Shown: positions 27,014 to 37,047, counted from the first letter of the stretch. The stretch is DNA of 64,000 nucleotides from Patescibacteria group bacterium (GCA_041662665.1 JBAZSC010000001.1:193511-257510), one strand, 5' to 3'. Program-made: numbers and translations. Notes: generated by a model not told the origin, from the letters alone.

Positions 27014-28066
27014 ATGCCTTCATCACCCGAACAATATCCGCAACTAGCCGACATCAAAGAATCAGGAGAAGTAAAAAAAGCTCCTGGTTTTGAACTTGAA
27101 AAATCAAAAGAGTTAGATCAATTTGCTGCAGAAGCAAACAAGATAGCTGAAGCAATTAAAGAAGACAAACCAGTTTTGCTTGAGCAGGTTTTAGAATTAA
27201 GAGAAGCATTAGAAAAAATGGTTGAATCAGATCCAAGAATAGAAGCAAAAAGACTATTTGGTGAAGGATATATGGGACCTGAAGAAATTGAAAAACATTT
27301 TACTTTAGAAAATGGTGAAAAACTATTTGAATATACGTCTGAAGAAAAGCAAAAAATTGTTAGAATGTTGCGTGAAAAATTAGATGATCCGCAGATTAGA
27401 GATTTAATTAAGCGAACACCAAAAGAAGAATTGCGAGAAAGATTCCAGCTTTTTCTTTTTCCTGATAAATTCAAGGATGGCACGCCTGTTACAATGAAGA
27501 GTCTTTATGAAAGATTCCAGCCAGAAATGACAAGGCGAGGCTTAGGAGAATTATTTCATGGCAAAATTGACGATAACGATTGCTGGTATTATAACAAGGA
27601 AAATAAAGAACCTTTTTTTACGTCTGATTCCAACCCATTATCTTGGAAACTATTAAGCAGAGGCAATCTTAAAGGATCTGAGAATCATGATTATTTTGAA
27701 GAAACAAAATTTTTACGAGAATACTTAAGACAAAACAATTTAGCAACTGAAGATGAACTCAACGAATGTAGCGATGAGAGATTAGTAGAATTAAGGCAAC
27801 TAAATGAGCGTGATTGGAAGAAAGCGGCAAAACAATTATCAGAAATCATGATTAATAAAAACTATCGAATTAATCCTTTAGAAGCTGTTTTTATGCATTC
27901 AATCAAGGAAAGCGTGTTGATGAGCGCTAGGACAGCCAAATGTTCTTCTTCTGGTGGATATATTTACGTCGGTTTTTATGGACATGGTATAGGTATTGGT
28001 CAATCATGGAATGGGAATGATTTAACCAGAGGGATTTCGAATTTGGGCGTTGCACTTTCCTGCTAA
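27014..28066 (+). CDS. Hypothetical E/K/R-rich cytoplasmic protein, tandem paralog A
   Basis: A 350-aa protein with no TM or signal peptide. The N-terminal ~170 aa are ~85-90% identical to the next ORF. Confidence 0.55.
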   Translation: MPSSPEQYPQLADIKESGEVKKAPGFELEKSKELDQFAAEANKIAEAIKEDKPVLLEQVLELREALEKMVESDPRIEAKRLFGEGYMGPEEIEKHFTLENGEKLFEYTSEEKQKIVRMLREKLDDPQIRDLIKRTPKEELRERFQLFLFPDKFKDGTPVTMKSLYERFQPEMTRRGLGELFHGKIDDNDCWYYNKENKEPFFTSDSNPLSWKLLSRGNLKGSENHDYFEETKFLREYLRQNNLATEDELNECSDERLVELRQLNERDWKKAAKQLSEIMINKNYRINPLEAVFMHSIKESVLMSARTAKCSSSGGYIYVGFYGHGIGIGQSWNGNDLTRGISNLGVALSC

Positions 28067-28128
28067 TTTTTTTGAAGACTAGTTGAGTTAGCTAGAAATT
28101 ATGCGTTTAAAAGTAGATAAATAATTTG

Positions 28129-28176
28129 ATGACAAAAGAACAAGCCAAAATCAGAATTGAAAAACTAAAAAAATAG
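28129..28176 (+). pseudogene. Duplicated 5' stub of ligA (MTKEQAKIRIEKLKK*), marking the junction of a tandem duplication
   Basis: atgacaaaagaacaagccaaaatcagaattgaaaaactaaaaaaatag is ~80% identical to the start of ligA at 29270. Confidence 0.6.
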
Positions 28177-28187
28177 TATTTTAACAA

Positions 28188-29249
28188 ATGCCATCATCAC
28201 CAGAACAACAACCACAACTAACAGATATCAAAGAATCAGAAGAAGTAAAAAAAGCTCCTGGTTTTGAACTTGAAAAATCAAAAGAGTTAGATCAATTTGC
28301 TGCAGAAGCAAACAAGATAGCTGAAGCAATTGAAGAAGACAAACCAGTTTTGCTTGGTCAGGTTTTAGAATTAAGAGAAGCATTAGAAAAAATGATAGAA
28401 TCAGATCCAAGAATAGAAGCAAAGAGATTATTTGGCGAAAGCTATATGGGTCCAGATGAAATAGAAGCATATTTTACAGTTCAAGAAGAGAATGGAAGAG
28501 TTGAAAAGCTATTTGAATACACTCCAGAAGAAAGAAAAAGAATTAATCAAATGCTACGAGAAAAGTTAGATGATCCGCAAATCAAAGATTTAATCGCTAG
28601 AACTCCAAGAGAAGAATTGCGAGAAAGATTTCAGCTTTTTCTTTTTCCAGATAAATTCAAAGATGGAACACCTGTTACAATGAAAAGCTTAAACGATAAA
28701 TTTAGCGCCGAAATGGAAAAACGAGGTCGAGGATCTTTGATGTATAAACATCCAAGAGAAAAGGAATGGTATTATAATGACGATCGTAGAGAAAATTTCT
28801 TTACAACAAATTCAAATTTATTATCTTGGAAGCTACTAAGTAGGAGCACTCTTAAAGGATCTATGGGCCATGATTGTTTTGAAGAAACAAAATTTTTAAG
28901 AGAATATTTAAGACAAAACAATTTGGCAGGTGAAGACGAACTAGCTGAGTGCAGTGATGAGAGATTGACAGAATTAAAACAATTGAATGGACAAGATTGG
29001 AAAGAAGCATCAAGGCAATTATCAGAACTTAAAATAAATAAAAACTATAGAATAAATCCATTAGAAGCTATTTTCATGCACGCAATTAAACAAAGCGAAA
29101 TATATGGCAGAGCTGCTAGAACAGCCTGGCGTTCTTCTTATGGTGGAATGCTTAGCGTCGGCGAATATGGACAAGGTATGGCTATCGGCGCTGATTATGA
29201 TAATTTAGATAAAGAAATTTCCAATGTTGGTATTGTACTCTCTCTCTAG
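28188..29249 (+). CDS. Hypothetical E/K/R-rich cytoplasmic protein, tandem paralog B
   Basis: A 353-aa paralog of 27014..28066. The C-terminal half is ~60% identical. Confidence 0.55.
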   Translation: MPSSPEQQPQLTDIKESEEVKKAPGFELEKSKELDQFAAEANKIAEAIEEDKPVLLGQVLELREALEKMIESDPRIEAKRLFGESYMGPDEIEAYFTVQEENGRVEKLFEYTPEERKRINQMLREKLDDPQIKDLIARTPREELRERFQLFLFPDKFKDGTPVTMKSLNDKFSAEMEKRGRGSLMYKHPREKEWYYNDDRRENFFTTNSNLLSWKLLSRSTLKGSMGHDCFEETKFLREYLRQNNLAGEDELAECSDERLTELKQLNGQDWKEASRQLSELKINKNYRINPLEAIFMHAIKQSEIYGRAARTAWRSSYGGMLSVGEYGQGMAIGADYDNLDKEISNVGIVLSL

Positions 29250-29269
29250 CAAAATTTAGAAACAATATT

Positions 29270-31333
29270 ATGGATAAGCAACAAGCTAAAATCAGAATTG
29301 AAAAATTAAAAAAAGAAGTTAACCATCATCGTTATCTTTATCATGTTTTAGACAAGCCAGAAATTTCTGACTCTGCTTTGGATTCTTTAAAAAATGAATT
29401 ATTTAAATTAGAACAGCAATATCCAGAATTTATAACATCAGATTCTCCAACTCAAAGAGTGGGAGGAGAAGCGCTCAAAGAATTCAAAAAAGTTAAGCAT
29501 GATGTTCGCATGCTCTCTTTTAACGATGCTTTTTCAAAAGTTGATATGCATGATTGGCAAAAGAGAATGGAGAATTATTTAAAAGAAAAAAAAGAATTTA
29601 ATTTTTATTGCGAGCCAAAAATTGATGGTTTGGCAATTTCATTAATTTATAAAAATGGTCAATTTATTTTAGGTTCAACTAGAGGTAATGGCTTTATCGG
29701 TGAAGATGTGACCATAAATTTAAAAACAATTGAAAGCATTCCTCTTAATTTAGAAAAAAAAGATCACAAAATTTATCTCAAAAATTATAATTCAACTGAA
29801 TTAAAAAAAGTTGATCAGCTTTTAGAAAAATTTAATTTAAATAGTTCAGAATTAGAAGTTCGTGGCGAAATTTACTTAGATAAGAATGATTTTGAAAAAT
29901 TAAATAAAGAACAAGAAAAAAATCATCTCCAAATTTTCGCCAATCCGAGAAATGTTGCTGCAGGTAGTATCAGGCAATTAAATCCAAAAATTACTGCCTC
30001 AAGAAAACTAAAATGTTTTGTTTATCATGTTATCACAGACTTAGGCCAAACAACTCATGAGCAAGAACATTTAATGCTTAATCGTTTAGGTTTTAGAATT
30101 AATCCTTACACTGAATTAGCAAATAACATGGAAGAAGTTTTTACATATCACGAAAAAATTGGCAAAATCAGAAATAGGCTAGAATATGAAATTGATGGTG
30201 TCGTGGCTATTATTAACGATAACAAATTGTGGCAAAAATTAGGAATTGTTGGCAAAGCACCTCGTGGTTGCATGGCTTACAAATTTCCTGGCAGAGAAGC
30301 AACAACTATTGTAGAAGATATTAAAGTTCAAGTAGGCAGAACTGGTGCCTTAACGCCAGTTGCACATTTGAAGCCAGTGCCACTTGGTGGTGTCACAATT
30401 TCGCATGCCACTTTGCATAATATGGATGAAATCAAGCGTTTAGGAATTAAAATTGGCGATACTGTTATTATTCAAAGAGCAGGCGATGTTATTCCTGATG
30501 TTGTTAAAGTTCTCACAAATTTACGGACTGGCAAAGAAAAAGAATTCCACATGCCAAGCAAATGTCCAATTTGCGGATCAAAAGTTTTTAGAAAAAAAGA
30601 AGAGGTTGCTTATTATTGTTCCAACAAAAATTGTTTTGCCTTGCAAGAGCGAGCAATCACTCATTTTGTTTCAAGAACTGCTTTTGATATTGAAGGATTA
30701 GGTCCAAAAATAATTGAGCAATTAATCAGCAATGATTTAATTGATAATGCTTCAGATTTATTCACTTTAAAAATTGATGATTTAAAACCATTAGAAAGAT
30801 TTGCTGAAAAATCAGCGACCAACATAATCAATTCAATCAACAAAGCAAAAGATGTTACTCTAGCAAAATTTATTTATGCTTTAGGCATTCGTCATGTTGG
30901 CGAAGAAACTGCATTTGACCTTGCTAATCATTTTGGCAATTTAGAAAATCTAGAAAAAGCGTCACTTTCAGAATTAGAAAAAATTAGAGATATTGGAGGC
31001 GTTGTTGCAAAAAGCATTCATGAATATTTTCAAAATCAGAAAAACCTTGACTTTGTTCATAATTTAATAAAAAATGGCATAAGGATCCAAAAACAAAAGC
31101 AAATCGCTCAAAAATTAGCTGGCAAAACTTTTGTTTTAACAGGAACGCTTGAAAAATATTCCAGAGACGAGGCTAAGAAAAAAATCCGTGATTTAGGCGG
31201 AGACGTGTCATCATCTGTTAGCTCCGAAACTAATTATGTTGTTGCAGGTTCTGAGCCAGGTTCCAAATATGACAAAGCCAAGGCGCTCAAAATTAAGATT
31301 CTTAATGAAAAAGAGTTCCTCGATTTAATTTAA
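29270..31333 (+). CDS. ligA: NAD-dependent DNA ligase LigA
   Basis: The KxDG adenylation motif (EPKIDGLAISL), OB fold, Zn finger (CPICGSK...C), HhH and C-terminal BRCT are all present. Length is 687 aa. Confidence 0.9.
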   Translation: MDKQQAKIRIEKLKKEVNHHRYLYHVLDKPEISDSALDSLKNELFKLEQQYPEFITSDSPTQRVGGEALKEFKKVKHDVRMLSFNDAFSKVDMHDWQKRMENYLKEKKEFNFYCEPKIDGLAISLIYKNGQFILGSTRGNGFIGEDVTINLKTIESIPLNLEKKDHKIYLKNYNSTELKKVDQLLEKFNLNSSELEVRGEIYLDKNDFEKLNKEQEKNHLQIFANPRNVAAGSIRQLNPKITASRKLKCFVYHVITDLGQTTHEQEHLMLNRLGFRINPYTELANNMEEVFTYHEKIGKIRNRLEYEIDGVVAIINDNKLWQKLGIVGKAPRGCMAYKFPGREATTIVEDIKVQVGRTGALTPVAHLKPVPLGGVTISHATLHNMDEIKRLGIKIGDTVIIQRAGDVIPDVVKVLTNLRTGKEKEFHMPSKCPICGSKVFRKKEEVAYYCSNKNCFALQERAITHFVSRTAFDIEGLGPKIIEQLISNDLIDNASDLFTLKIDDLKPLERFAEKSATNIINSINKAKDVTLAKFIYALGIRHVGEETAFDLANHFGNLENLEKASLSELEKIRDIGGVVAKSIHEYFQNQKNLDFVHNLIKNGIRIQKQKQIAQKLAGKTFVLTGTLEKYSRDEAKKKIRDLGGDVSSSVSSETNYVVAGSEPGSKYDKAKALKIKILNEKEFLDLI

Positions 31334-31435
31334 TTACAAAATTATTCACGCAGTTCATAAAGTCTTTAAAGTTATAAAGTTCGTAAAGTCGACTTTAAAA
31401 ACTTTATAACTTTAAGAACTTTATAAACTAAACTT

Positions 31436-31726
31436 ATGTCAGACATTATAACCAAATCCGAAGTCGAAAAAGTTGCAAAATTAGCTCGCATTAAAATTAC
31501 TGAACAAGAAAAAGAAAAATTTGCCAAGCAATTGACTGGTATTTTAGATTACGTTAATCAATTATCAGAAGTTAATACTGACAATGTAAAACCAACAGCT
31601 CAAGTTACTGAATTAAAAAACGTTATGCGACCAGATGAAATCAAGTCTTTCGAAAATCCTGCTGAGCTAGTTGAAAGTGCGCCTGAAAGTAGAGATAGGC
31701 AAGTCAAGGTAAAGAGCATTTTATAA
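31436..31726 (+). CDS. gatC: Asp/Glu-tRNA amidotransferase subunit C
   Basis: A 96-aa protein with KLARIKITEQEKEKFAKQLTGILDYVNQL, typical of GatC. Confidence 0.8.
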   Translation: MSDIITKSEVEKVAKLARIKITEQEKEKFAKQLTGILDYVNQLSEVNTDNVKPTAQVTELKNVMRPDEIKSFENPAELVESAPESRDRQVKVKSIL

Positions 31727-31743
31727 AATTCCAAATTACAAAA

Positions 31744-31833
31744 CCCAAATTTCAAACAAATCCCAAATTACAAATTCCAAAAGACGACGGTTTGTAATTT
31801 GTATATTGAAATTTGTTTGGGATTTGGAATTTG
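31744..31833. repeat. Palindromic 'caaa/tttg' word-repeat element with an 11-bp inner stem (caaattacaaa/tttgtaatttg), in the gatC-gatA spacer
   Basis: Visible in the sequence. It overlaps the 5' extension of the gatA ORF given in the ORF track, which is therefore probably not translated. Confidence 0.5.
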
Positions 31834-31854
31834 TTATTTATAATCTATCAAATT

Positions 31855-33267
31855 ATGTTAAACAAACTCAACTTAACCGATTTATCCGCCAAATTACAAC
31901 GCAAAGAAATTTCTTCATCTGAATTAGTTTCTGATTGCTTAAAAGAAATAAAAGAGCAAGATTCAAAAATTGGCGCCTTTTTGGAAGTCTTTGAAGAAGA
32001 TGCAATTAACCAAGCCAAAGAAATTGACAAAAAAGAAAAGCTTGGTCCATTAGAAGGTATTCCAATTGCCATTAAAGATGTTCTGCTAGTTAAAGGCAAA
32101 AAAAGTACCAGCGGTTCAAGAATATTGGAAAATTATATTGCTTCATATGATGCAACAGCAGTTGCCAAATTAAAACAAGCTGGCATGATTATTATGGGCA
32201 AAACTAACTGCGATGAATTTGCCATGGGTTCATCAACCGAAACTTCAGCTTTTCAAAAAACCAGAAATCCAGTTAATTTAGAATATGTTCCAGGCGGTTC
32301 ATCAGGTGGATCTTGTGCAGCAGTTGCCGCCAACTTTTTGCCAGTTGCTTTAGGTACAGATACAGGCGGATCAATTCGCCAGCCAGCAGCTTTTTGCGGA
32401 GTTTACGGTCTAAAACCAACTTATGGCAGAGTAAGCCGATATGGATTATCAGCTTTAGGATCAAGCTTTGATTCTGTCGGTCCATTTGCAAGATCAGCTG
32501 AAGATTTGGCCTGGATTTTTTCAACAATTGCCGGAAACGATCCCAAAGATTCCACATCTTCAAAACTTGAAACTCAAGAATTAATTAATCAAACATTTCC
32601 AGTAATCAAAGGCTTAAAAATTGGTTTGCCAAAAGAATGTTTTGGAGAAGGAGTAAATACGGAAGTTAAAGAAAAAGTTGAATTAGCAATAAAAAAATTA
32701 GAAAAACTTGGCGCCAAAATTCAAGAGGTTAGTCTTCCTCATTCAAAATATGCCTTAGCTGTTTATTATGTTTTATTACCAGCCGAAGCATCAGCTAATT
32801 TAGCTCGCTTTGATGGAGTTCGCTATGGCTATTCTTCTAAATCAAATGATTTGCTTTTAAATTATTTAGAATCAAGAGCTCAAGGTTTTGGCGATGAAGT
32901 GAAAAGAAGAATAATGATTGGCACTTATATTTTATCAGCTGGCTATTATGACGCTTATTACAAAAAAGCACAAAAAGTCAGAACAAAAGTTATTGAAGAT
33001 TACAAAAAAGTTTTTGAACAAGTTGATTTATTGGCAACACCAACAACTCCAACAACTGCTTTCAAATTTGGTGAAAATTCAGATGATCCAGTTGCGATGT
33101 ACATGAACGATATTTTGACAGTTTCAGCTAACGTTGCTGGTGTACCTGCAATTTCCATTCCATGTGGTTTTGACAGCAAAAAATTGCCAATTGGTTTGCA
33201 ATTAATTGCTAATCATTTCGAAGAAACAAAATTATTACAAGCTGCCAAGGCTTTTGAAACATTATAG
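31855..33267 (+). CDS. gatA: Glutamyl-tRNA(Gln) amidotransferase subunit A (amidase family)
   Basis: Amidase signature [13 protein letters not shown] and Ser-cisSer-Lys triad context. The start is taken at the Met at 31855, downstream of the hairpin element. Confidence 0.85.
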   Translation: MLNKLNLTDLSAKLQRKEISSSELVSDCLKEIKEQDSKIGAFLEVFEEDAINQAKEIDKKEKLGPLEGIPIAIKDVLLVKGKKSTSGSRILENYIASYDATAVAKLKQAGMIIMGKTNCDEFAMGSSTETSAFQKTRNPVNLEYVPGGSSGGSCAAVAANFLPVALGTDTGGSIRQPAAFCGVYGLKPTYGRVSRYGLSALGSSFDSVGPFARSAEDLAWIFSTIAGNDPKDSTSSKLETQELINQTFPVIKGLKIGLPKECFGEGVNTEVKEKVELAIKKLEKLGAKIQEVSLPHSKYALAVYYVLLPAEASANLARFDGVRYGYSSKSNDLLLNYLESRAQGFGDEVKRRIMIGTYILSAGYYDAYYKKAQKVRTKVIEDYKKVFEQVDLLATPTTPTTAFKFGENSDDPVAMYMNDILTVSANVAGVPAISIPCGFDSKKLPIGLQLIANHFEETKLLQAAKAFETL

Positions 33268-33447
33268 AGTTGAATCATGAATAAAGAATTATGAATTACG
33301 ATTTAGTTAATATTCAAATTATCTATAATCATAATTCGCAATTTTAACATAATTCATTATTCATAATTCTTGATTCTTATAAAATTTCAGCTAAATTTCA
33401 GAAACAAACTTTATACTATTATTGTTATTAATCTAATTTCCGAAAAT

Positions 33448-34776
33448 ATGTTAAGTAATACTAATTTAGAACAAAACATCAAAACAGAAGAAAAAGTAAG
33501 CAATGTTTCAAAAGTCAATTTTCCAACTCAAGAAAAAAAAGTTAAATCCAAAAAGAATTTAGGAATTTTGAAAGTTGTAATTATTTGTGTTGTCGTCAGT
33601 TTTATCGTTTCAACAATTGCTGGTTTTGCCTCTAGTGGTTTAGGCAATGTTATTGTCCAAAGTTTGAGCAATCGAAAATTAACAATTCCTGACAAAATAA
33701 TTACTGTCAAAGAAGAATCTCAAACAATTGATGTTGCCAAAAAAGTCCAGCCTTCAGTTGTTTCAATTGTTGTTTCCAAAGACCTGCAAAAATTATATCA
33801 ATACGATTCATCTCCTTTTCAAAACGATCCATTTTTTAAAGATTTTTTTCAAGATTCTGGTTTGAATGAGCAACAGCAACAAAATCAAAATCAACAAAAT
33901 GGCCAGCAAGAAATTGGCGGAGGTACTGGTTTCGTTATTTCTTCAGATGGCGTTATCTTAACTAATCGCCATGTTGTCTCAGATCAAGAGGCAAGTTATA
34001 CTGTTGTCACCAATGACAATAAAAAATATGATGCCAAAATTCAAGCTATTGATCCAACTAATGATGTTGCAGTTTTAAAAATTGATGCTAATAATTTAAC
34101 TCCAGTTGAGCTTGGCAACTCTGATGCTTTGCAAATTGGCCAAGACGTTATTGCAATCGGTAATGCGATGGGTGAATATCATAATACTGTTACTAAAGGC
34201 GTTGTTTCAGGCCTTGGTCGAGCAATTACTGCTGGCGATCAATACAGCCAAGCAGTAGAAAGCTTAGACAATATTATTCAAACTGATGCTGCAATTAATC
34301 CTGGCAATTCTGGCGGACCATTACTTAATATCGATGGCCAAGTTGTTGGTATTAATACAGCGATGGATTATTCAGGACAATCAATTGGTTTTGCGATTCC
34401 AATTAATGATGCCAAGACAGATATTGATTCAGTAAAAAAAGATGGCAAAATCTCCAAGCCATTTTTGGGAGTTCGCTATCAAATTATTAACAAAAGTTTA
34501 GCAACAAAAAATAATTTGAAATATGAATATGGCGCTCTAGTTTTACGAGGTACGAGCCAAGATGAAGTTGCTATTGCTCCAGGCAGTCCAGCAGACAAGG
34601 CAGGTTTAGTTGAAAATGATATTATCTTAGAGCTTAATGGTACCAAAATTGATTCTAATAATACTTTGGCGAAATTAATTGCCAAATATAAGATAGGTGA
34701 TGAAGTTACATTAAAAATTTCACATAAAGGCGAGGAAAAAGAGGTTAAGCTAAAATTAGAAGAACGAAAAAGCTAA
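33448..34776 (+). CDS. htrA: HtrA/DegP-family serine protease with an N-terminal membrane anchor and a C-terminal PDZ domain
   Basis: Catalytic His (TNRHVV), Asp and GNSGGPLLN are present, plus a PDZ domain and a Q-rich linker. The ORF is open from 33370, but the likely start is MLSNTN at 33448. Confidence 0.8.
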   Translation: MLSNTNLEQNIKTEEKVSNVSKVNFPTQEKKVKSKKNLGILKVVIICVVVSFIVSTIAGFASSGLGNVIVQSLSNRKLTIPDKIITVKEESQTIDVAKKVQPSVVSIVVSKDLQKLYQYDSSPFQNDPFFKDFFQDSGLNEQQQQNQNQQNGQQEIGGGTGFVISSDGVILTNRHVVSDQEASYTVVTNDNKKYDAKIQAIDPTNDVAVLKIDANNLTPVELGNSDALQIGQDVIAIGNAMGEYHNTVTKGVVSGLGRAITAGDQYSQAVESLDNIIQTDAAINPGNSGGPLLNIDGQVVGINTAMDYSGQSIGFAIPINDAKTDIDSVKKDGKISKPFLGVRYQIINKSLATKNNLKYEYGALVLRGTSQDEVAIAPGSPADKAGLVENDIILELNGTKIDSNNTLAKLIAKYKIGDEVTLKISHKGEEKEVKLKLEERKS

Positions 34777-34785
34777 ATAATATAA

Positions 34786-34823
34786 AATTAATTTTAAAAG
34801 CACTTAACAAGTGCTTTTTTTAT
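34786..34823 (+). terminator. Terminator hairpin aaagcacttaacaagtgcttttttt, copy 1 of an identical 38-bp module
   Basis: aaaattaattttaaaagcacttaacaagtgctttttt is repeated exactly at 36901-36938. Confidence 0.6.
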
Positions 34824-34868
34824 TTTTAAAATCATGTTATATTATATTTACTATAAAAAAATTTAATT

Positions 34869-34909
34869 AAAACAAAATGGAAACAAAATGGAAACAAAAT
34901 GGAAACAAA
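34869..34909 (+). repeat. 11-nt tandem repeat (atggaaacaaa) x3.7 spanning the start codon of the BNR-repeat protein gene
   Basis: aaaacaaaATGgaaacaaaATGgaaacaaaATGgaaacaaaatttgcg places three ATGs in three different frames. Only the first ATG opens the long ORF. Confidence 0.8.
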
Positions 34910-36895
34910 ATTTGCGTTGTCTTTTTTAGTATTCTTTTTGCGTGTTTAATCTTTGGTTTTGCAAAGGCAGAAACTTATACTTGGGAACAATCAAATATTG
35001 ATACTTCAGTAACAAATGTTACGTCTGTCGTTTCAAATGAAGGAATCATTTATGTTTCCACAAGTAGCGCAAAAGTATATAAATCATCTGACGGCACAAT
35101 TTGGACCCAAATAAATAATAATTATTTTGATGATCAAAATAATAACAATACTTTAAATTCGCTTTATATATTCAATAATTATTTATACGCTTCAACATCG
35201 GTCAAGACTCCAGTTGGCCCTGGCTACTCAGCTGAAGTTCAAAGATGTCCAATATCAACTTGTAATTCTCAATCGGATTGGGAAACTGTCGTTGATTCAA
35301 CTCATGGAATTCCAGTTGGCAGTAATTATATCCGCGCAATTAATTCAATATACTCGAAAGATAATTATTTATATATTGGCTATCTTTATTATACAACCGT
35401 ACTTGATTCTTATACTTTAAGAATATCGAGATCTCTTGATGGATCAACATGGTCAACTATTTTAACTGGAGATGCTAGTAGTACAAGCGCATCTGTTGCA
35501 GTAATGGCAACGTTTAACAGCCAGCTTTATACTGGTGAAGGATATTTTGGTACTGGAACGACAAGCAGTGTTTATTCTTGCACTCTTTGCGATGGAACTG
35601 ATTGGGTAGGATCAAACACTGATGGTTTCGGAGACTCAAATAATAGGACTGTTAAGTCTTTAGCAGTTTTCAATAACGAACTTTATGCGGGAACAGAGAA
35701 ATCTTCTGGAAATGCTGAATTATGGAAAACATCGGATGGATCTGCTTGGACGCAAGTTGGCAGTGATGGATTTGGTGATTCAACCACGCAAGGTTTTTAT
35801 TCTTTAATGAATTATCAAGATCATTTTTATTTAGGAACTTATGGAACTACTTCAAATGCCAAAGTTTGGGCAACAACAAATGGCACTGATTGGGAACAAA
35901 AAAATAGCGATGGTTTTGGAAGCAGTGTTTCAAATGTAACTGGATTTGCTACAGTTGATGGTTATCTTTATGCCGCAACTGGAGGATTGACATCTAAAGC
36001 TCAATCATATAGAACTGATCTTCGTCCCACACTAGTTCCAGGAAGTGTAGTCGCATCACAGATTATGGATAATTCTGGGCAAGTCTCTGTCGCATTTCAA
36101 GTTGAAGATCCAGATCATAATACCATGAAAGCAAAAGTTGAGTATTCAGTTGATAATGGCTCAACATGGTCAGATCAGATGACTTTCTCAAATCCTTCAG
36201 CAACTTTTGGTACGCCAACAATCGATAGCAGTGATGAATATAGAATACAAAATATTTCCACTTCGCAAGGCACTAATGATGTCCATCTAACTTGGAATGC
36301 TAATACTGATTTACCAAATGCAAATATTAGCAGCGTTTTGGTCAGAGTAACTGGCAATGATGGTGTAACAAGTACAGAGACAGTAAATTCTAGCGCTTTT
36401 AGTTTAGTTCTTGATCGTATTATTTTGTCTTCAAGCATGAATGGTCAAACACTTTCTATTTGTAATTTAAAATTTTTCTTCAAGAAATTACCAGCAAAGT
36501 TAAAAAAAAACAATGCATATTATTTAAAATGTGATAAATTTAAAAAGTATCCGCCTAAATTTAAAAAAGCTAAAAAAATGGCGTTGAAAAAGTATTGGAA
36601 AATTACAACTAACTTAAATAAATATAAAGCCAAAACCACTGAACAAAAATTCAAAATAAAGATCACGTATAAATATACAACAAAACAATTTAAAAATTTG
36701 AAAAAGAGAAACAAATTAGCCAAAGAAAAAAATCTTGAGCTTTTTGTTAGAGATAAAACTAAAAAATGGAAAGAAATTAAAGAAATATGGAAAAATGCCA
36801 AGTTAAAACATAATCTTAAGAAAAATAATTTTTCTGTAACTTATTTCAAAAAATTTCCGCAAAAAAAGTTTTTATTTAGTATTGGTTTAAAATAA
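34877..36895 (+). CDS. Secreted BNR/Asp-box repeat (beta-propeller-like) surface protein with a lysine-rich low-complexity C-terminal tail
   Basis: A signal peptide is followed by repeated S-x-D-G-x-x-W motifs (SSDGTIWTQ, SLDGSTWST, TSDGSAWTQ, TNGTDWEQ) and DGFGDS motifs. The last ~135 aa are K-rich low complexity. Confidence 0.6.
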   Translation: METKWKQNGNKICVVFFSILFACLIFGFAKAETYTWEQSNIDTSVTNVTSVVSNEGIIYVSTSSAKVYKSSDGTIWTQINNNYFDDQNNNNTLNSLYIFNNYLYASTSVKTPVGPGYSAEVQRCPISTCNSQSDWETVVDSTHGIPVGSNYIRAINSIYSKDNYLYIGYLYYTTVLDSYTLRISRSLDGSTWSTILTGDASSTSASVAVMATFNSQLYTGEGYFGTGTTSSVYSCTLCDGTDWVGSNTDGFGDSNNRTVKSLAVFNNELYAGTEKSSGNAELWKTSDGSAWTQVGSDGFGDSTTQGFYSLMNYQDHFYLGTYGTTSNAKVWATTNGTDWEQKNSDGFGSSVSNVTGFATVDGYLYAATGGLTSKAQSYRTDLRPTLVPGSVVASQIMDNSGQVSVAFQVEDPDHNTMKAKVEYSVDNGSTWSDQMTFSNPSATFGTPTIDSSDEYRIQNISTSQGTNDVHLTWNANTDLPNANISSVLVRVTGNDGVTSTETVNSSAFSLVLDRIILSSSMNGQTLSICNLKFFFKKLPAKLKKNNAYYLKCDKFKKYPPKFKKAKKMALKKYWKITTNLNKYKAKTTEQKFKIKITYKYTTKQFKNLKKRNKLAKEKNLELFVRDKTKKWKEIKEIWKNAKLKHNLKKNNFSVTYFKKFPQKKFLFSIGLK

Positions 36896-36900
36896 TTAAA

Positions 36901-36938
36901 TAAAATTAATTTTAAAAGCACTTAACAAGTGCTTTTTT
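36901..36938 (+). terminator. Terminator hairpin, copy 2 of the identical 38-bp module
   Basis: Same sequence as 34786-34823. Confidence 0.6.
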
Positions 36939-37047
36939 CTTTTCAAAAGTATTATTTTGTTGTAAGATAATATAAAGTAAATATAATTGTGATAGGTATA
37001 ATTTCCTAGTTACTAGTTACTTTTTTACTAATTACTAAGTTTTTATC

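Noticed and set aside
26950-29330. Possibility that the duplicated E/K-rich gene pair is part of a prophage or integrative element
   Set aside because: No integrase, terminase, capsid or att-like direct repeats are present. The ligA stub indicates a simple local tandem duplication.
36520-36801. Minus-strand F/L-rich 93-aa ORF
   Set aside because: It is antisense to the K-rich, AAA-rich tail of the BNR-protein gene. An F/L-rich reading of a poly-A/T-rich sequence is expected by chance.
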